A stretch of 64,000 nucleotides of DNA from Chiloscyllium plagiosum (taxonomy: Eukaryota), in the NCBI RefSeq assembly GCF_004010195.1, contig NC_057718.1, positions 18,499,689 to 18,563,688 on the forward strand, given 5' to 3'. Positions 48,108 to 59,464 of the stretch are shown in pieces. Numbering within the stretch: position 1 is the first letter of the stretch; each line of letters opens with the position of its first letter. Made by a program: the position numbers and the translations under genes. Below the pieces are notes generated by a model, which saw nothing but the letters and a program-made list of their open reading frames with translations, had not been told where the DNA came from and searched no databases.

Positions 48108-50806
48108 TGGTAAGTTTGCTCATTGAGCTGAAAGATTTGTTCTCAGACATTTTGTCACCATGCTAGGTAATATAATCAGTGAGCCTCTGTTGAAGTGCTG
48201 GTGTTAGTGACCCACTTTCTATTTATGTGTTTTGGTCTACTGTGGTGGGTGATTTCACTTCTGGTTCTTTTTCTGAGAGGTTGGTAAATGAGGTCCAAAT
48301 CTATGTATTTGTTGATGGAGTTCTGGTTTGAATGCCAGGCGTCAAGGAATTTCTATGCGTGTATTTTTTTAGCCTGTCCCAGGATGGATAGATTGTCCCA
48401 GTCGAACTGGTGTCCCTCATCGTCTGTGTGTAAGGATACTAGTGATAGTTGGTCATGTCTTTTGGTGGTTACTTGGTGCTTGTGTATCCTGGTGGCTAGT
48501 TACCTACCAATCTGTCTGATGTAATGTTTGTTGCAATCCTTGCAGGGTATTATGCTGAAAAATGTGTTGCTGGAAAAGTGCAGCAGGTCAGGCAGCATCA
48601 AAGGAGCAGGAGAATCGACGTTTTGGGCATAAGCCCTTCTTCAGGAATGGTATTATATTAATAACATATTTGCAGGGTTTTATGTATATGACGTTAGTCA
48701 TGCTGGTTGTTAGCACAGGGTCCTTTAGATTCATCAAGAGCAGTTTCAGTGTGTTGGTAGGTTTGAGGGCTACCATGATGCCAAGGAGCTGGAGTAGTCT
48801 GATAATCATCTCTGAGCTGTCTTTAATGTATGGTAGTGTGGCAAGAGTCTCTGGGCATGTCATTTCTTCTTGTTTAGGTTTGTTGTGTAAGAATGGGAGG
48901 ACTGTGCTTATCGGATACTTGTTGTTCTTGAGTATATTGTATGGGTTTTCTGTTCGGCATCTCATAGTTCCTGGTGCTGCAGTATGTTGTGGCTTGTTTA
49001 AATAATGTCCTGAAGCATCTCTGTTTATGGGTGTTGAGATGATTGCGCCTGTAGTTGAGTGTCTGGTCTGTATGTGTTGTTTTCCGGTAGACGCTGGTCC
49101 GCAGTTATCCATTGGCTTTCCAATCTACTGTGACATCCAGAAAGGGGAACTTTATACCAGTAATGATGCTGTTTATGTGGTTGTGGGTTTCTTCTAATTT
49201 GTTCCATTTCATGATGACAAAGGTGTCATCCACATAGCAGATCCAAAGTTTGGGCTGGAACGTGGGGAGGGCTGTTTATTCCAACCTCTGCCTAACTACT
49301 TCTGCCAAGAATCCAGATGTTGGTGATCCCATGGTGTCCTGTTGATTTGCTCGTAGGTCTTGTCATTGAAGGTGAAGTGGGTTGTGAGGCACAGATCTAC
49401 TCATTTGAGGATGCTGTCCTTACTGATGGAGTTGGTGCTGTCTGGTGTTTGTGTCCTTGATTTGTCTAGTAGTGCAGCCAGAGTTTCTTTCGCCAAGGTA
49501 ATGTTTATTGATGTGAATAGGGCCGTCACACCAAAGGAAACCATGACCTCATCATCCTCTATCTTGCTAATTTTTATGATGTTCAGGAATTCCTGGGTGA
49601 AGTTTATGGAGTGGGTTGAGTCTTCTACTAGGTATTTCAGTTGGCATTGACATTCCTTTGCTAGTCTGTATATCAGTGTGCTGGGAAGTGAGACTATGGG
49701 TCTGAGGGGGGACCCTGGTTTGTGCACCTTTGGTAATCTGTAAAAACGGGGTGTGTTAGATCCTTCAGGTTTCATTTTTTGGAGGTCAGCTTTATTAATT
49801 TCACCTATCTTGTGGAGTTTTTTCAGTTGTACTATGGTTTTCTAGCTGTGGAGTCGGGACAATCGCCACCTGTTGATAGGTGTTAGTATCTGCGAGTAGT
49901 GTGTTTGCTTTTTCAATGTATTGCATTCTGTTCAGGATGACAATCATATGCCCTTTGTCTGCCAGTATGATTACAATATTTGTCTCTTTTTTAAGGGCCT
50001 TACTTTCCTGTGTTTTGAGGGTGTTCCCTTTTTTCCTTCAGCTCAGAGTTGGTGCTACTGTCTGTCTGATGGCCTGCTGGATTTCTTCAGTAAGTCCGTT
50101 GTCTTTCAGGGTTGATTTCAGTGCTATTAGGAAGTCCTTTTTGTTTGTGGTCCTGTAGTTGAAGTTCATCCCTTGTACTAGGATGACTTTTCCCATGTCT
50201 GAGTGGTCAGTCCGACAGGTTCTTTCGCTAAGCTTCTGAATTGTCTGTGTTATTGATGTGTGTGGCTTGTCCAGTTTTTCTTGTAGGGCTAGACCTTTCT
50301 TTGTCTTGGTCTGCTGTTGTTTAGTGTTGATGGTTCACTCTGAGTACTTGTCCATTCTTGGTCAGTCGCGTTGGTGTACAGAGTTTTTTGGCTCCAAGTT
50401 TCCTGTTCATATTTATGGAGTCGGTTGTGGGCATCAGTTATCATTGCTCGTAGCATTCTGCAGCTGTTGTATTCTGCTATTCTCCTGGCTTGTGCAGTGT
50501 TGAGAGCTGGTTTGTATTTGACACATTGTGGTAATACCTGTTTCCTGAGGCATTCGTGTAGGAAGTGTAGTTGTTCGCGGGTGGTGCTCAGTCGGATGGC
50601 GATGGTTTCCCATCTTTGGGCTAGTTTGAGCATAATACATTTTTTGTGATTTTTGTGAAGATTTATAGCTCAGATTGTGGTTCAGGTTGTAAGTTTGCTC
50701 ACTGAGCTGGAAGATTTGTTCTCAGACGTTCAGTCACCATGCTACATAACATCAGCAGTGAGCCTCCAATGAAGCGCTGGTGTTCCGTCCCATTTTCTTT
50801 TTTATG
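48108..50806 (-). mobile_element. Near-full-length decayed Penelope-like retroelement (Poseidon-like; RT plus GIY-YIG) with direct pseudo-LTRs
   Basis: Minus frames give an N-terminal domain (50289-50633), PRFYRLPKVHKP..PLRPIVS, VSFGVTALFTSI, ICYVDDTF (YVDD at 49225-49236), TLPYI and NVIY..PCKDCNKHYI. About 120-bp direct repeats at 48108-48227 and 50688-50806. Many stops and frameshifts. Confidence 0.93.
48554..48669 (-). mobile_element. Family A tail-less terminus inserted in the GIY-YIG motif
   Basis: TSD TTGCAGGGT(A/T)TTAT at 48540-48553 and 48670-48683; 21 nt of filler at 48649-48669. Confidence 0.88.
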
Positions 50807-51218
50807 CTTAAGGGAAACATGCATAGCTTAGACAGGCAGATTTCTTTTTGATTCTTATTTTGAGTTTGCAGCAGTCCTGTGAAGTCCTTGGAATAGGTGG
50901 CCTTTATAGAGTGGTGCTTCTTAGAAAGGAAATATATATAGCAAACTACGTTACTGTGGGGTAAAGAGGTAGTTTTAGTCCTAGATCAAAAGTGTTGGGA
51001 TAAAATTCTGAAGAAGTTATGAAAGTTGAGTGCATTTACATTTAGGTGCATGCAGCTTCAGGAAGAAGCTATCTTCGATTCCAGTGCAAACATTGAAAGC
51101 ACAAGTAATTTAAACCTATTGAGGTGTTATCGCTAGGGGCTCTGGTGTGAACATTGTATGAGCTGTGTTTTTGGTACTATGCAAGCTGTGAATTTAGGAC
51201 TTAGCTACTGTTAGTTAT

Positions 51219-51910
51219 TGTTAGAGAAGGACCAGCCTCCCCCAAAATATATTATGGAGAAAGCCAGGATCCCAACTGTTATTTCATTTTAAAGACAAGT
51301 ATAAGGTGCTGTGTTACAGAAATGTTTTCATTGGTCCACCACTAAGCTTTAATCAAACCATACTTCATACCTATAATGAAATTAATATGCAACAAAATGA
51401 AGAATAGGTATAATTTTACACTATTGACATACTTAACAAGACAATATATTATTTAACCACTAATCTTTAACTGTTCCAAAATAGGCAGCATTCCATAAGC
51501 ACACCCTTTAGCAAAAATCCAACGCAGCAAAACAGCTATTATTCTCAAATGCTGTCTCTCTCCTGTCCAGTAGATAGCAACACTGAAAGAAACAATCTGC
51601 CCATCTGATTTCTAAAAGAAAAGCTTTCTGTCTTAGTCTTCAAACTAGCAACTGAGAGAACTCTTGCTGTCCACTTCAGCGGACCTGAAACAAACCTGAA
51701 AGCAAAACCAAAGTGCTCTGGATCTGTGTGAGCCTGAATCTGGCCACAAATTATTCTTTTGCCTTACCCTAAAAACACACCCAGGGAGAAACCCAAAGCT
51801 ATTTATAAACCGCCTGCTGGGAGGAGACACCTCAGCATCACTGTGACAACACCTCTCTGCAAGAGAAACCAGGACAGAACACACCTCTTAAAAGGCACAG
51901 CATCATCACA
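51219..51910 (-). mobile_element. Probable solo LTR
   Basis: TGT...ACA termini (TGTTAGAG ... CATCACA), about 690 bp, non-coding; no TSD seen. Confidence 0.45.
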
Positions 51911-52730
51911 AGATGGACAGTGAAGTCCTCCACCCAGTCTGAACCTTTGCCACACTCAGTGCTTCCTCCAAGTGCTGTTTGATACAAACAAACAATAATT
52001 CATCAACTAAAGTGTTGGGGGAGGGTATTGCAGAGGCATAGGGGTGGAATGGAGGGATGGACTGTGTGGGTGAGGGTATTTTGCAGCACATGGCAATCAG
52101 CACAAGGTTTCCTTGCCTATATTTATTCTGATGTTGTGAGACTTCAAGGAGTCTGGAGTCAATGTTGTGAACTCCAAGGACAACCCTCCCAACTGTGTAC
52201 TAATGTACTGCCACCTCTACTGGGGTCTGTCCTATCATTTCTGTAACACAGCACCTTATACTTGTCTTTAAAATGAAATAACAGTTGGGATCCTGGCTTT
52301 CTCCATAATATATTTTGGGGGAGGCTGGTCCTTCTCTAACAATAACTAACAGTAGCTAAGTCCTAAATTCACAGCTTGCATAGTACCAAAAACACAGCTC
52401 ATACAATGTTCACACCAGTGGAACAGGACATATCTAGGAACGGTGATGGTGTTGACTGGGACACTGAGAAATGTGAATCTGAAAGACGAGTGTGACTATA
52501 TTGGGCTGATGCTCAACTAGTCTGTGAGGCAGCTCTCCCAATTTTGCCAATGGCTCTCAGATAAGGAGGAGTTTGCAGACTGAGTTTGCCATTGTCACTT
52601 CCAGGGCCTAGGTCAATGCCCAGGTGATTTGGTCAGTCCATTCCCATTTGAGTCCTTTCTGTGGTTTGGTACAACTGAATACCTTGCTCGGACACTGCAG
52701 AGGGCAGGGTCTGGAGTCACATGTAAGCCA
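51911..52730 (-). mobile_element. Old CR1-group LINE endonuclease-region fragment, split at 52236-52418
   Basis: CTGCCACCTCTACTGGGGTCTGTCCTAT|CAGTGGAACAGGACATATCTAGG reads on minus as a decayed PGY...DR..RGG APE motif. Confidence 0.65.
52236..52418 (-). repeat. Perfect 183-bp inverted copy of 51142-51324
   Basis: Base-by-base comparison by eye shows no mismatch. Confidence 0.95.
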
Positions 52731-53604
52731 GACAAAGTGTCCCCAAAAGGACATTTGTGAACAGGATAGGTTTTTACAACAATCATGTAAGAGTACACTG
52801 GGTAGAAGCATCGTTTGTAAGAGTGCTGTAAGGGCATCATGCATCAGGCTGCACTGTATAGGATTGCCTCTTGCATAATTCCTTTGTCTACTTCATGGAT
52901 CATTTCAAAGATTGAGGCCAACAGATGAAGTCTGATCACTTAAAGTCTCCTTTCATATGTCTAATGAGTAATATAATGTAAACATAGTATGTTTCCTGTT
53001 CAGGAACTAAGGTTTCATCTTGACATAGATAAATGTCTAAATGCCTCCTCTTTCTGATGAGGAAGAACCTGGTATATAAAGCTAGAGTAAGTACATTGAT
53101 TTTTTACCTGTAGGATGTCATTAATGACCAAACAGATTCTAGGCTGACTAGATCAAAATCTCTTCTATCTATTGGGGCACTGAACAGTGGGTCACAGCCT
53201 ATTCACCCCTAATTAGTGGTTTACTTTCCTCAGAATTCTTGATACTCCTGCAACAAAAGAAGAGAGAAAAAAAGAGCCGCCATGAGAGATAAAGGACTTC
53301 TACATTTTACTATGTATAATGCTGACATCTTGTGGGCAGGAGGACTCACAGTGAGAAGACAGCATACGGGTAGTTAAACCTGTGAGTATGTGCTGGAGTT
53401 CATCATGTCAGATCAACTGCATACATTGAAAACTCTTAACATTTAATGATTTACATAAAATATGTGGCTGTACTTATAATAGATTCATAAAATTCAAACA
53501 TATTTGCTGGAGAAGCCAATGAAAAGTTTTACAAAAATTGAGTTAAAGAAAACCTTCTATTTATTTTGTGATTCACACTTTAATGACATTCCCTGACAAT
53601 TTGA

Positions 53605-53935
53605 GTGAACTGATATTTATGTTTCAGAGTCAGGAAATTATGGGTTCAAGTCCCATTCCAGAGATTTCTGCCCATAATCAAGGGTGACACTCCATTGAGG
53701 AATTGAGGGATGTTGTATTGTCAGAGCTGCTTTCCCCTAGAGGAGATATTAAACCAGCTTTCCTTCTTCAACTGAGCACTCCCCAGGGAAACAGACTATG
53801 TGGTCATTCGCCTTATTGCTGTTTTTTTGTGGGAACAACATAACAGTCACCACACTTCACTTGCATTTGAAATGCTTTGACAAGGGAAGCATTTTAAGAT
53901 ATTTCTGAGGGATGTAATCTGACAATGTAAAGTTT
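53605..53935 (+). mobile_element. Deu-type SINE
   Basis: GAGTCAGGAAATTATGGGTTCAAGTCCC head, TGAGGGATGTTGTATTGTCAGAG core, L2-like tail. Confidence 0.6.
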
Positions 53936-54744
53936 CAAGTTTTCTTCTATTAAATGTGAAAGGACAGGAACTTGAGTGAGTATTAGACATGTTCAGTCTA
54001 GCGTTCAACTGTGTTTGATTCAATCCAAAACTATAGTTCCCTCTACTCTGCCAGGCAGATGATTGCAAAGATCTATCACCCTTTGATAGCAAAGTTCTTC
54101 CTATTATGTGTTCTAAATTAATTTTCAATCATTTATATATATGACATAAGACATTATTATCCTGAATTACTTTAAAATGATATTTGAAGTTTGCTTTATC
54201 TGTCTTTTTAATATTTAATGCATGGGCTGATGCTCAAAATGAGATGTACATGCTCAATAGTTTCCTCAGAGTGAACAATGCACTCTTAATCCCCAAAAGC
54301 ACATACAAAAAAAATTGTTGGTTTTGAATAGTGAATTTGGTACAATACATACATTATGAAGGCTTAACTTTATAGGAATACTACATCATAATTGCCATCT
54401 AATAAAGTAAGAAATGTAAACAGTGTGGAAAATTATTTGATACAAACTATTACTATAGATAGGATACCCACCTACCTCACTGTTTCTCTCATATTAGATT
54501 TTGATAACTGCTCTTTGCTCTACACACACGTTGTGTTAATGTTCAAATATTCTTTTATATTTCATTTTGAAATAAGATTTAATAGTGTTTGATTGTTTCT
54601 ATCATCTTATTTTCAGAGTAAGAGGTCAACCATTTAAGACAGAAATGAGGAGAAATGTATTCTCTGAGAAGGTAATGAATCTGTAGAATTCTTTACACAG
54701 AAGGTTTTCAAGGGCTTTTTATTATTTGATTGAATAAAGACATT

Positions 54745-55375
54745 TAAAGCCTTGAGGGGCTGGATAAAATAGTTAGGGAGAATAGAACAAAGAACTATGG
54801 GTGCTGGAGATCTGAAACAAAAAACAGCTCAGCTAGTCTAGAAGCATCTGTGGAGAGAAAGCAGCGTTAATGTTTCAAGTCTGGTGACTGTCTATCAGAA
54901 ATCTAGTTGGGAAGAAACTGTTCCCATTAATGGTCGGGTACACTGAGACAGTTCTGAAGAAAGATCACTGGACCTGAAACATTGACTCTGCTTTCTCTCC
55001 ACAGATGCTGCCAGACCTGCTGAGCTTTTCCAGCAATTTTTGGTTTTGTGTCTGATTTCCAGCAACTGCAGTTCTTTGACATTTTTGTTTAGACTGAGAA
55101 AGCACTGATTTAATTCATCTTTTTATAGTAGTTGACGAAAGAACCAGAGGTGACATGATGTAAAACCTTTTTAAATGGAAGTGGTTAGGATCAGAAATAA
55201 ACTACCTGAGTATGTAGTGAAGGCAGATTGAATCAAGGCTTTCAGAAGAGAGTTTGATAATTGTTTGTGGAGATTCGCAGGATGATAAGGAAAAGGTCAG
55301 GAGTGATACTAGCCGAGTTGCTCTCGCCGAAAGCCTATATGATGGACTGAATGGCCTCCTTCTGCATTGTTGTGA
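54745..55375 (+). mobile_element. Old CR1 3' end with two family C Penelope termini (54783-54903 minus; 54949-55088 plus)
   Basis: CTGAAGA at 54954-54960, then AAGATCACTGGACCTGAAAC; CR1 tail GGACTGAATGGCCTCCTTCTG. Confidence 0.75.
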
Positions 55376-55861
55376 CCATTATCAAACATATTTATACATT
55401 GGAAATGTTCATTTATGTATGGATCCTGAGACATATTTTTACTAATCACCTACAGCAAGAAGACTTTCCCAGGATGTAGATATGGATTTTATGAATCTAT
55501 CAATAGTCACAATGTCAACCCAAACACTTTGACCATTTCTTGTTTCTCATCAATGTTTTAACTCAAATTTAATTTTACTTAATTGTTGCTGAGGTAGCCA
55601 CAACTTTCCCATGGGTCTTTGCAAGTTTTTTCCTTGATGGGCCTGAAACCTGATTGTCAATTCTACAGACCTTACCTCTTGCTGGGAAGGAAAATTCCAC
55701 CCCTGTGGAAAAATCAAAGTCAAGAGGAGCATGTAACAAAGGCATGCACCTTTCCAATCTCATTCTCCAGTTAATACTCAAAGACTTAGACCTGCTGAAA
55801 CTTTTCAGCTCTGTTTGTATTTTCAGACTTCCAGCATTCCCTGTATTTCGCTTTCATTAAC

Positions 55862-55992
55862 AAAGTTATAAGTCAGACAACACCAGGTTATAGTCCAATG
55901 GGTTTATTTGGAATCACCATCTTTTGGAGCGCTGTTCCTTTGTTAGGTGACATCTGACCTTGTCCACCTCTGTCCAACAATGGCACCTCCAC
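55862..55992 (-). mobile_element. Family B Penelope terminus, degenerate
   Basis: ACAACACCAGGTTATAGTCCAA...TTTGGAGCGCTGTTCCTT matches 13583-13650. Confidence 0.75.
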
Positions 55993-55999
55993 TTCATTA

Positions 56000-56480
56000 G
56001 TAAGGGCAGCCAGTGGATGTAGTGTGCTTGGATTCCAAAAAGGCTTTCAGTAAGGTGCCATTAAAAGATTAACATGTAATTTTAAATTACATAAAGACAT
56101 AAATGAAATGAGCAAGATTAAAGCGTTAAAGTTCACTGATGAAACTAAACCAGGTACAAACATAAGTTGTGAGGAGGACATAAAGAAACCGCAATGAGAT
56201 ACAGAGAAGTTAAATGTGTGAACAGCAAGTTGAAAACAGAATATAATGGTAACACAATCTGAGGTTATTGATTTTGATTGTAAGAATAGAAAAAAAGTTT
56301 TTGGAAAGGCATGTTGATATTTAAACATGCAGGTACCAAAGTAGACATGTGGGCACAACATTAAGAAGGCAAATAGCATGTTTTTTTTTCTTGCGAGAGG
56401 GTTAGAGTACAAGAATTAAGAATCTTCTTGCTAACATTGTATATGGCTTTGCTCAGACTATACCTAGATTGCTATGCATG
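56000..56480 (+). mobile_element. Very old CR1 RT fragment
   Basis: GTGGATGTAGTGTGCTTGGATTCCAAAAAGGCTTTCAGTAAGGTGCC (degenerate DF.KAFDKVP). Confidence 0.6.
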
Positions 56481-58159
56481 AGCCAGGGGTATTAAAGGAT
56501 ACAGAGCAGCTTGCATTTGTTTTTTGTGGTGACCAAGAACATGCTGCAAAATCGTTGTCCAATAAATATTAAATTACTATCCCAGAATAACTTAGTGGAA
56601 TCTCCATGCAGTACTATGTCACTAGATATATTTTCAGCTTTATACCTGCTTCACCACATTTTCTTTGAAAATGTTTACCATAGCTTAACAGTGAATTATA
56701 ATTGTTTTCTGAAATGCGAGGAACCATTTACTGAAATAAGTTACATTCCACGGATTATTATAAGCCACTGAGGTCTATCTTGATAAATTGGTAACCTAAA
56801 AGCCAATTTACAAATCATAGATGCTTCAGTTTGTTTATTTTTGTTTGACACATCAAGTTCTTTCTCAACAAAAGTATATTTCCGCCCTGTCTGTCCTCCA
56901 AAATGATTCCTTCTGATCCCTGTCATACTATGGAAAATGAGGGGTGGGTTTTGTGAGGTGTTGATAAACAGAGAAATGCAGGAATTGAAGGATATGCTAT
57001 AGGATTGGATAAGGCAAGGTGGGAGGAGGCTCATGTGGAAAGTAAACATCAATTGGATACTTGCAATGCTTACTTTTATTGAATGGCAATTATGATGTAG
57101 TATTCCTATAAAATAAAATGCTGAATGATCTGTTTCTGAGTTGTAAACTCTGTAAGAATGAATGAACTGCAGAATGCTGAACAGGTCATGTTGGATTGAA
57201 TTGAAAACTAGCATGGCACTCATTTTCAAAGACAATGACAAAACAGATTTGCACAACTGCAGACTCTAAAGTCTCGCTTTGTTACTGAGTGCAATAATCA
57301 AAGCAATTATCTGGAGTAACTTTTGAGTGGGAGGGAGAGAGAAATTAAATCATCCATTATAACCGCATTGGTTTGTGAGATCTTGCTGTATGTTTGCCTG
57401 CATATCATTAACATACTTCAAAAGGACTGTGTTGAATGAAGGGCAAATTGGGATAATTGAAATATCTAATAAGACAATATATAAATGCAAGTGTATTTTC
57501 ATCTTTATTGTATACATAGTCTTAACAAAGCAAGAGCTGCTTCCAGATGCTTCATTGTAGAGATATGAAGAAACTGTGGAATTCTCAAATGAAGCCTGAC
57601 AGCAAAGATCCTTGCCAATTTAAGGATTTACACCATCTCACTCCTTATATACCTGCATATACTCACAAAGACATACAGACATCTAAGGTTTCATGACTAG
57701 GAATACATTTTCAATGGAACTTGCTGTGTTTTTGTTTCTTACGCAATTTAGGACTGACAAATGAATCTGTAGCTTGCCAAAAAGAAAATGTTCTGCTTGG
57801 ATTGGATTAAAAATAGCCAATTTTCAAAGTACTTGTACCACAGCCCATTTTATCTTTCATTCAGCAATTCAACCTGAATTGTAAACAATAGCAAATGCTG
57901 AACCGAAACATGTGTGGCACAGAAATGATTACCTTTTGCAAACATATTCCCCAGTGATTGTCAGCACTGAGCCCATGATACTTGGCATAAGTGGTGTCAG
58001 AAATGTTGATAATTGAGTAATCAAGATTATGTGTTCAAGTATTTGGTTTGATATGTTACATGTTCAATCCACTAAGAGAGGATCAGGTTGATTAAATGCA
58101 TTTAAAGAAAATCATCTGACTAAATTAAACTGATTTGCTTCATCCCTTCCTTTGGTATC

Positions 58160-58855
58160 TGTTCTGGGAAAATCACCAGCCTTGGAGTCAGAGTCGGGGT
58201 TCAATGACAGAGTTTATTGTGCAATGAAATACTGGAGCTCCGGGGAGAGAAAGACACCAACGGCACAGTGGTCAGCTGCGAGTCAGTTTCATTACTGTAG
58301 TAATGGGCTCTAATCGCTCTTCCTGAGAAGGACAATTACTGCAGCCCTGGCTATTAGCACTCTGTGTTGAGTCCGTATCAAACTGTTAGCATTTCTGTCA
58401 AAGGTGTTGGCTGGATCCAGATGGTGGGCAATATACATTACTCATTGGTATTGTCTCCCCCACCTGCCTCAAACTAATCAACTAGGTTGTGAGTGCATTG
58501 CGCTGGCATTCTGGTGGCCCCAGGCAGTGTCTGTGTTTGCTCTGCTGTCTCTCTGTATATTGTGGTCCGACACCCTTCTTGTGTGTCAAGTGGCCAACTT
58601 ATGACTCAGTGGCCACCTTGTATGTCCGTGTGCCTAGTGTCACCGGGCACCGTGCCATCTTCCACTTCAGGAACAATTATTTTTCATAAGTTTCTCAGCT
58701 ATGAATGATTGATGTCAAGGATAAATTTAATGGAGAGTCTCTGGATTGAACCATGGCTGCCTTTTCAAATTGGGCATTCTATTCAAAGGCAATGTTTTCT
58801 TTGGAAAATCTTGAAAACACAGCCTTGACGTGACATGGTTAATGTCGTCACGACA
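58160..58855 (-). mobile_element. Possible LTR-like element
   Basis: Begins TGT with reverse AATAAA (TTTATT) about 55 bp in; higher GC/CpG than flanks; right boundary uncertain. Confidence 0.3.
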
Positions 58856-59464
58856 CTGAGAGGAACTTTAGTTTCTCAGCTGGGAAAGTGGATTAAGGAG
58901 GGTCTACCTCAGGCAGGATTATTAGCATGCTGCTGTCTTACTTCTTAGCCAAAGTGGTTGGCACATCGATGGGAAACAATTGTCTGGCTATGAGAATTGG
59001 CAGTGTGAAAAGCCAGTGATCAAGGTCAAGGTGAATGTGATGATGGATTGGTGGGGGAGGGGTGGGGGGACATAAGGGTTTAACATATCCTGGGGTGGTC
59101 AACACCTCTTCATGTGAGCGCTACACAATATACCTTTTGAAGGGCATCTTTACCCTCATGCTCAGTCTCACTCCCTCTTTACCCTGGGTCCTCAGTTCCT
59201 CACCTATTAGGTCCTGATCTAAGATAAAAGATCTTCCAGCAGATAAATAGTTTACAATTGGTTAGAATCAAAGTCAACAGTCCTTAAGTTCAAACCCATT
59301 AGTCCTCTAATTCTGAAAATAACACCTTTTGGAAGAACAATGAAACCTGAAATGTTAAGTCAGAGATTTTGGGGAAATGGGGTCGTGATCAGTGTAAATG
59401 CAGTTACACATCTGAATATATAAATGTTAGCTCCTGTGAGAAAAGCTTCATGGGAGATATTAGC

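Noticed and set aside
4118..48648. Recurring palindromic family A repeat as a CRISPR array
   Set aside because: Copies are dispersed, in both orientations and TSD-flanked, with no regular spacers or cas genes; the context is vertebrate.
51142..52418. DNA transposon with 183-bp terminal inverted repeats
   Set aside because: No TSD or transposase; the left copy straddles an element boundary and the right copy interrupts a continuous LINE.
56741..57256. 171-aa minus-strand ORF
   Set aside because: It overlaps the antisense of a CR1 tail, has no domain signature, and looks like a chance ORF in AT-rich DNA.
58156..59089. TATC-TGT...ACA-TATC as a 926-bp LTR with a 4-bp TSD
   Set aside because: Such a short match is expected by chance over this distance; the right boundary is left uncertain.
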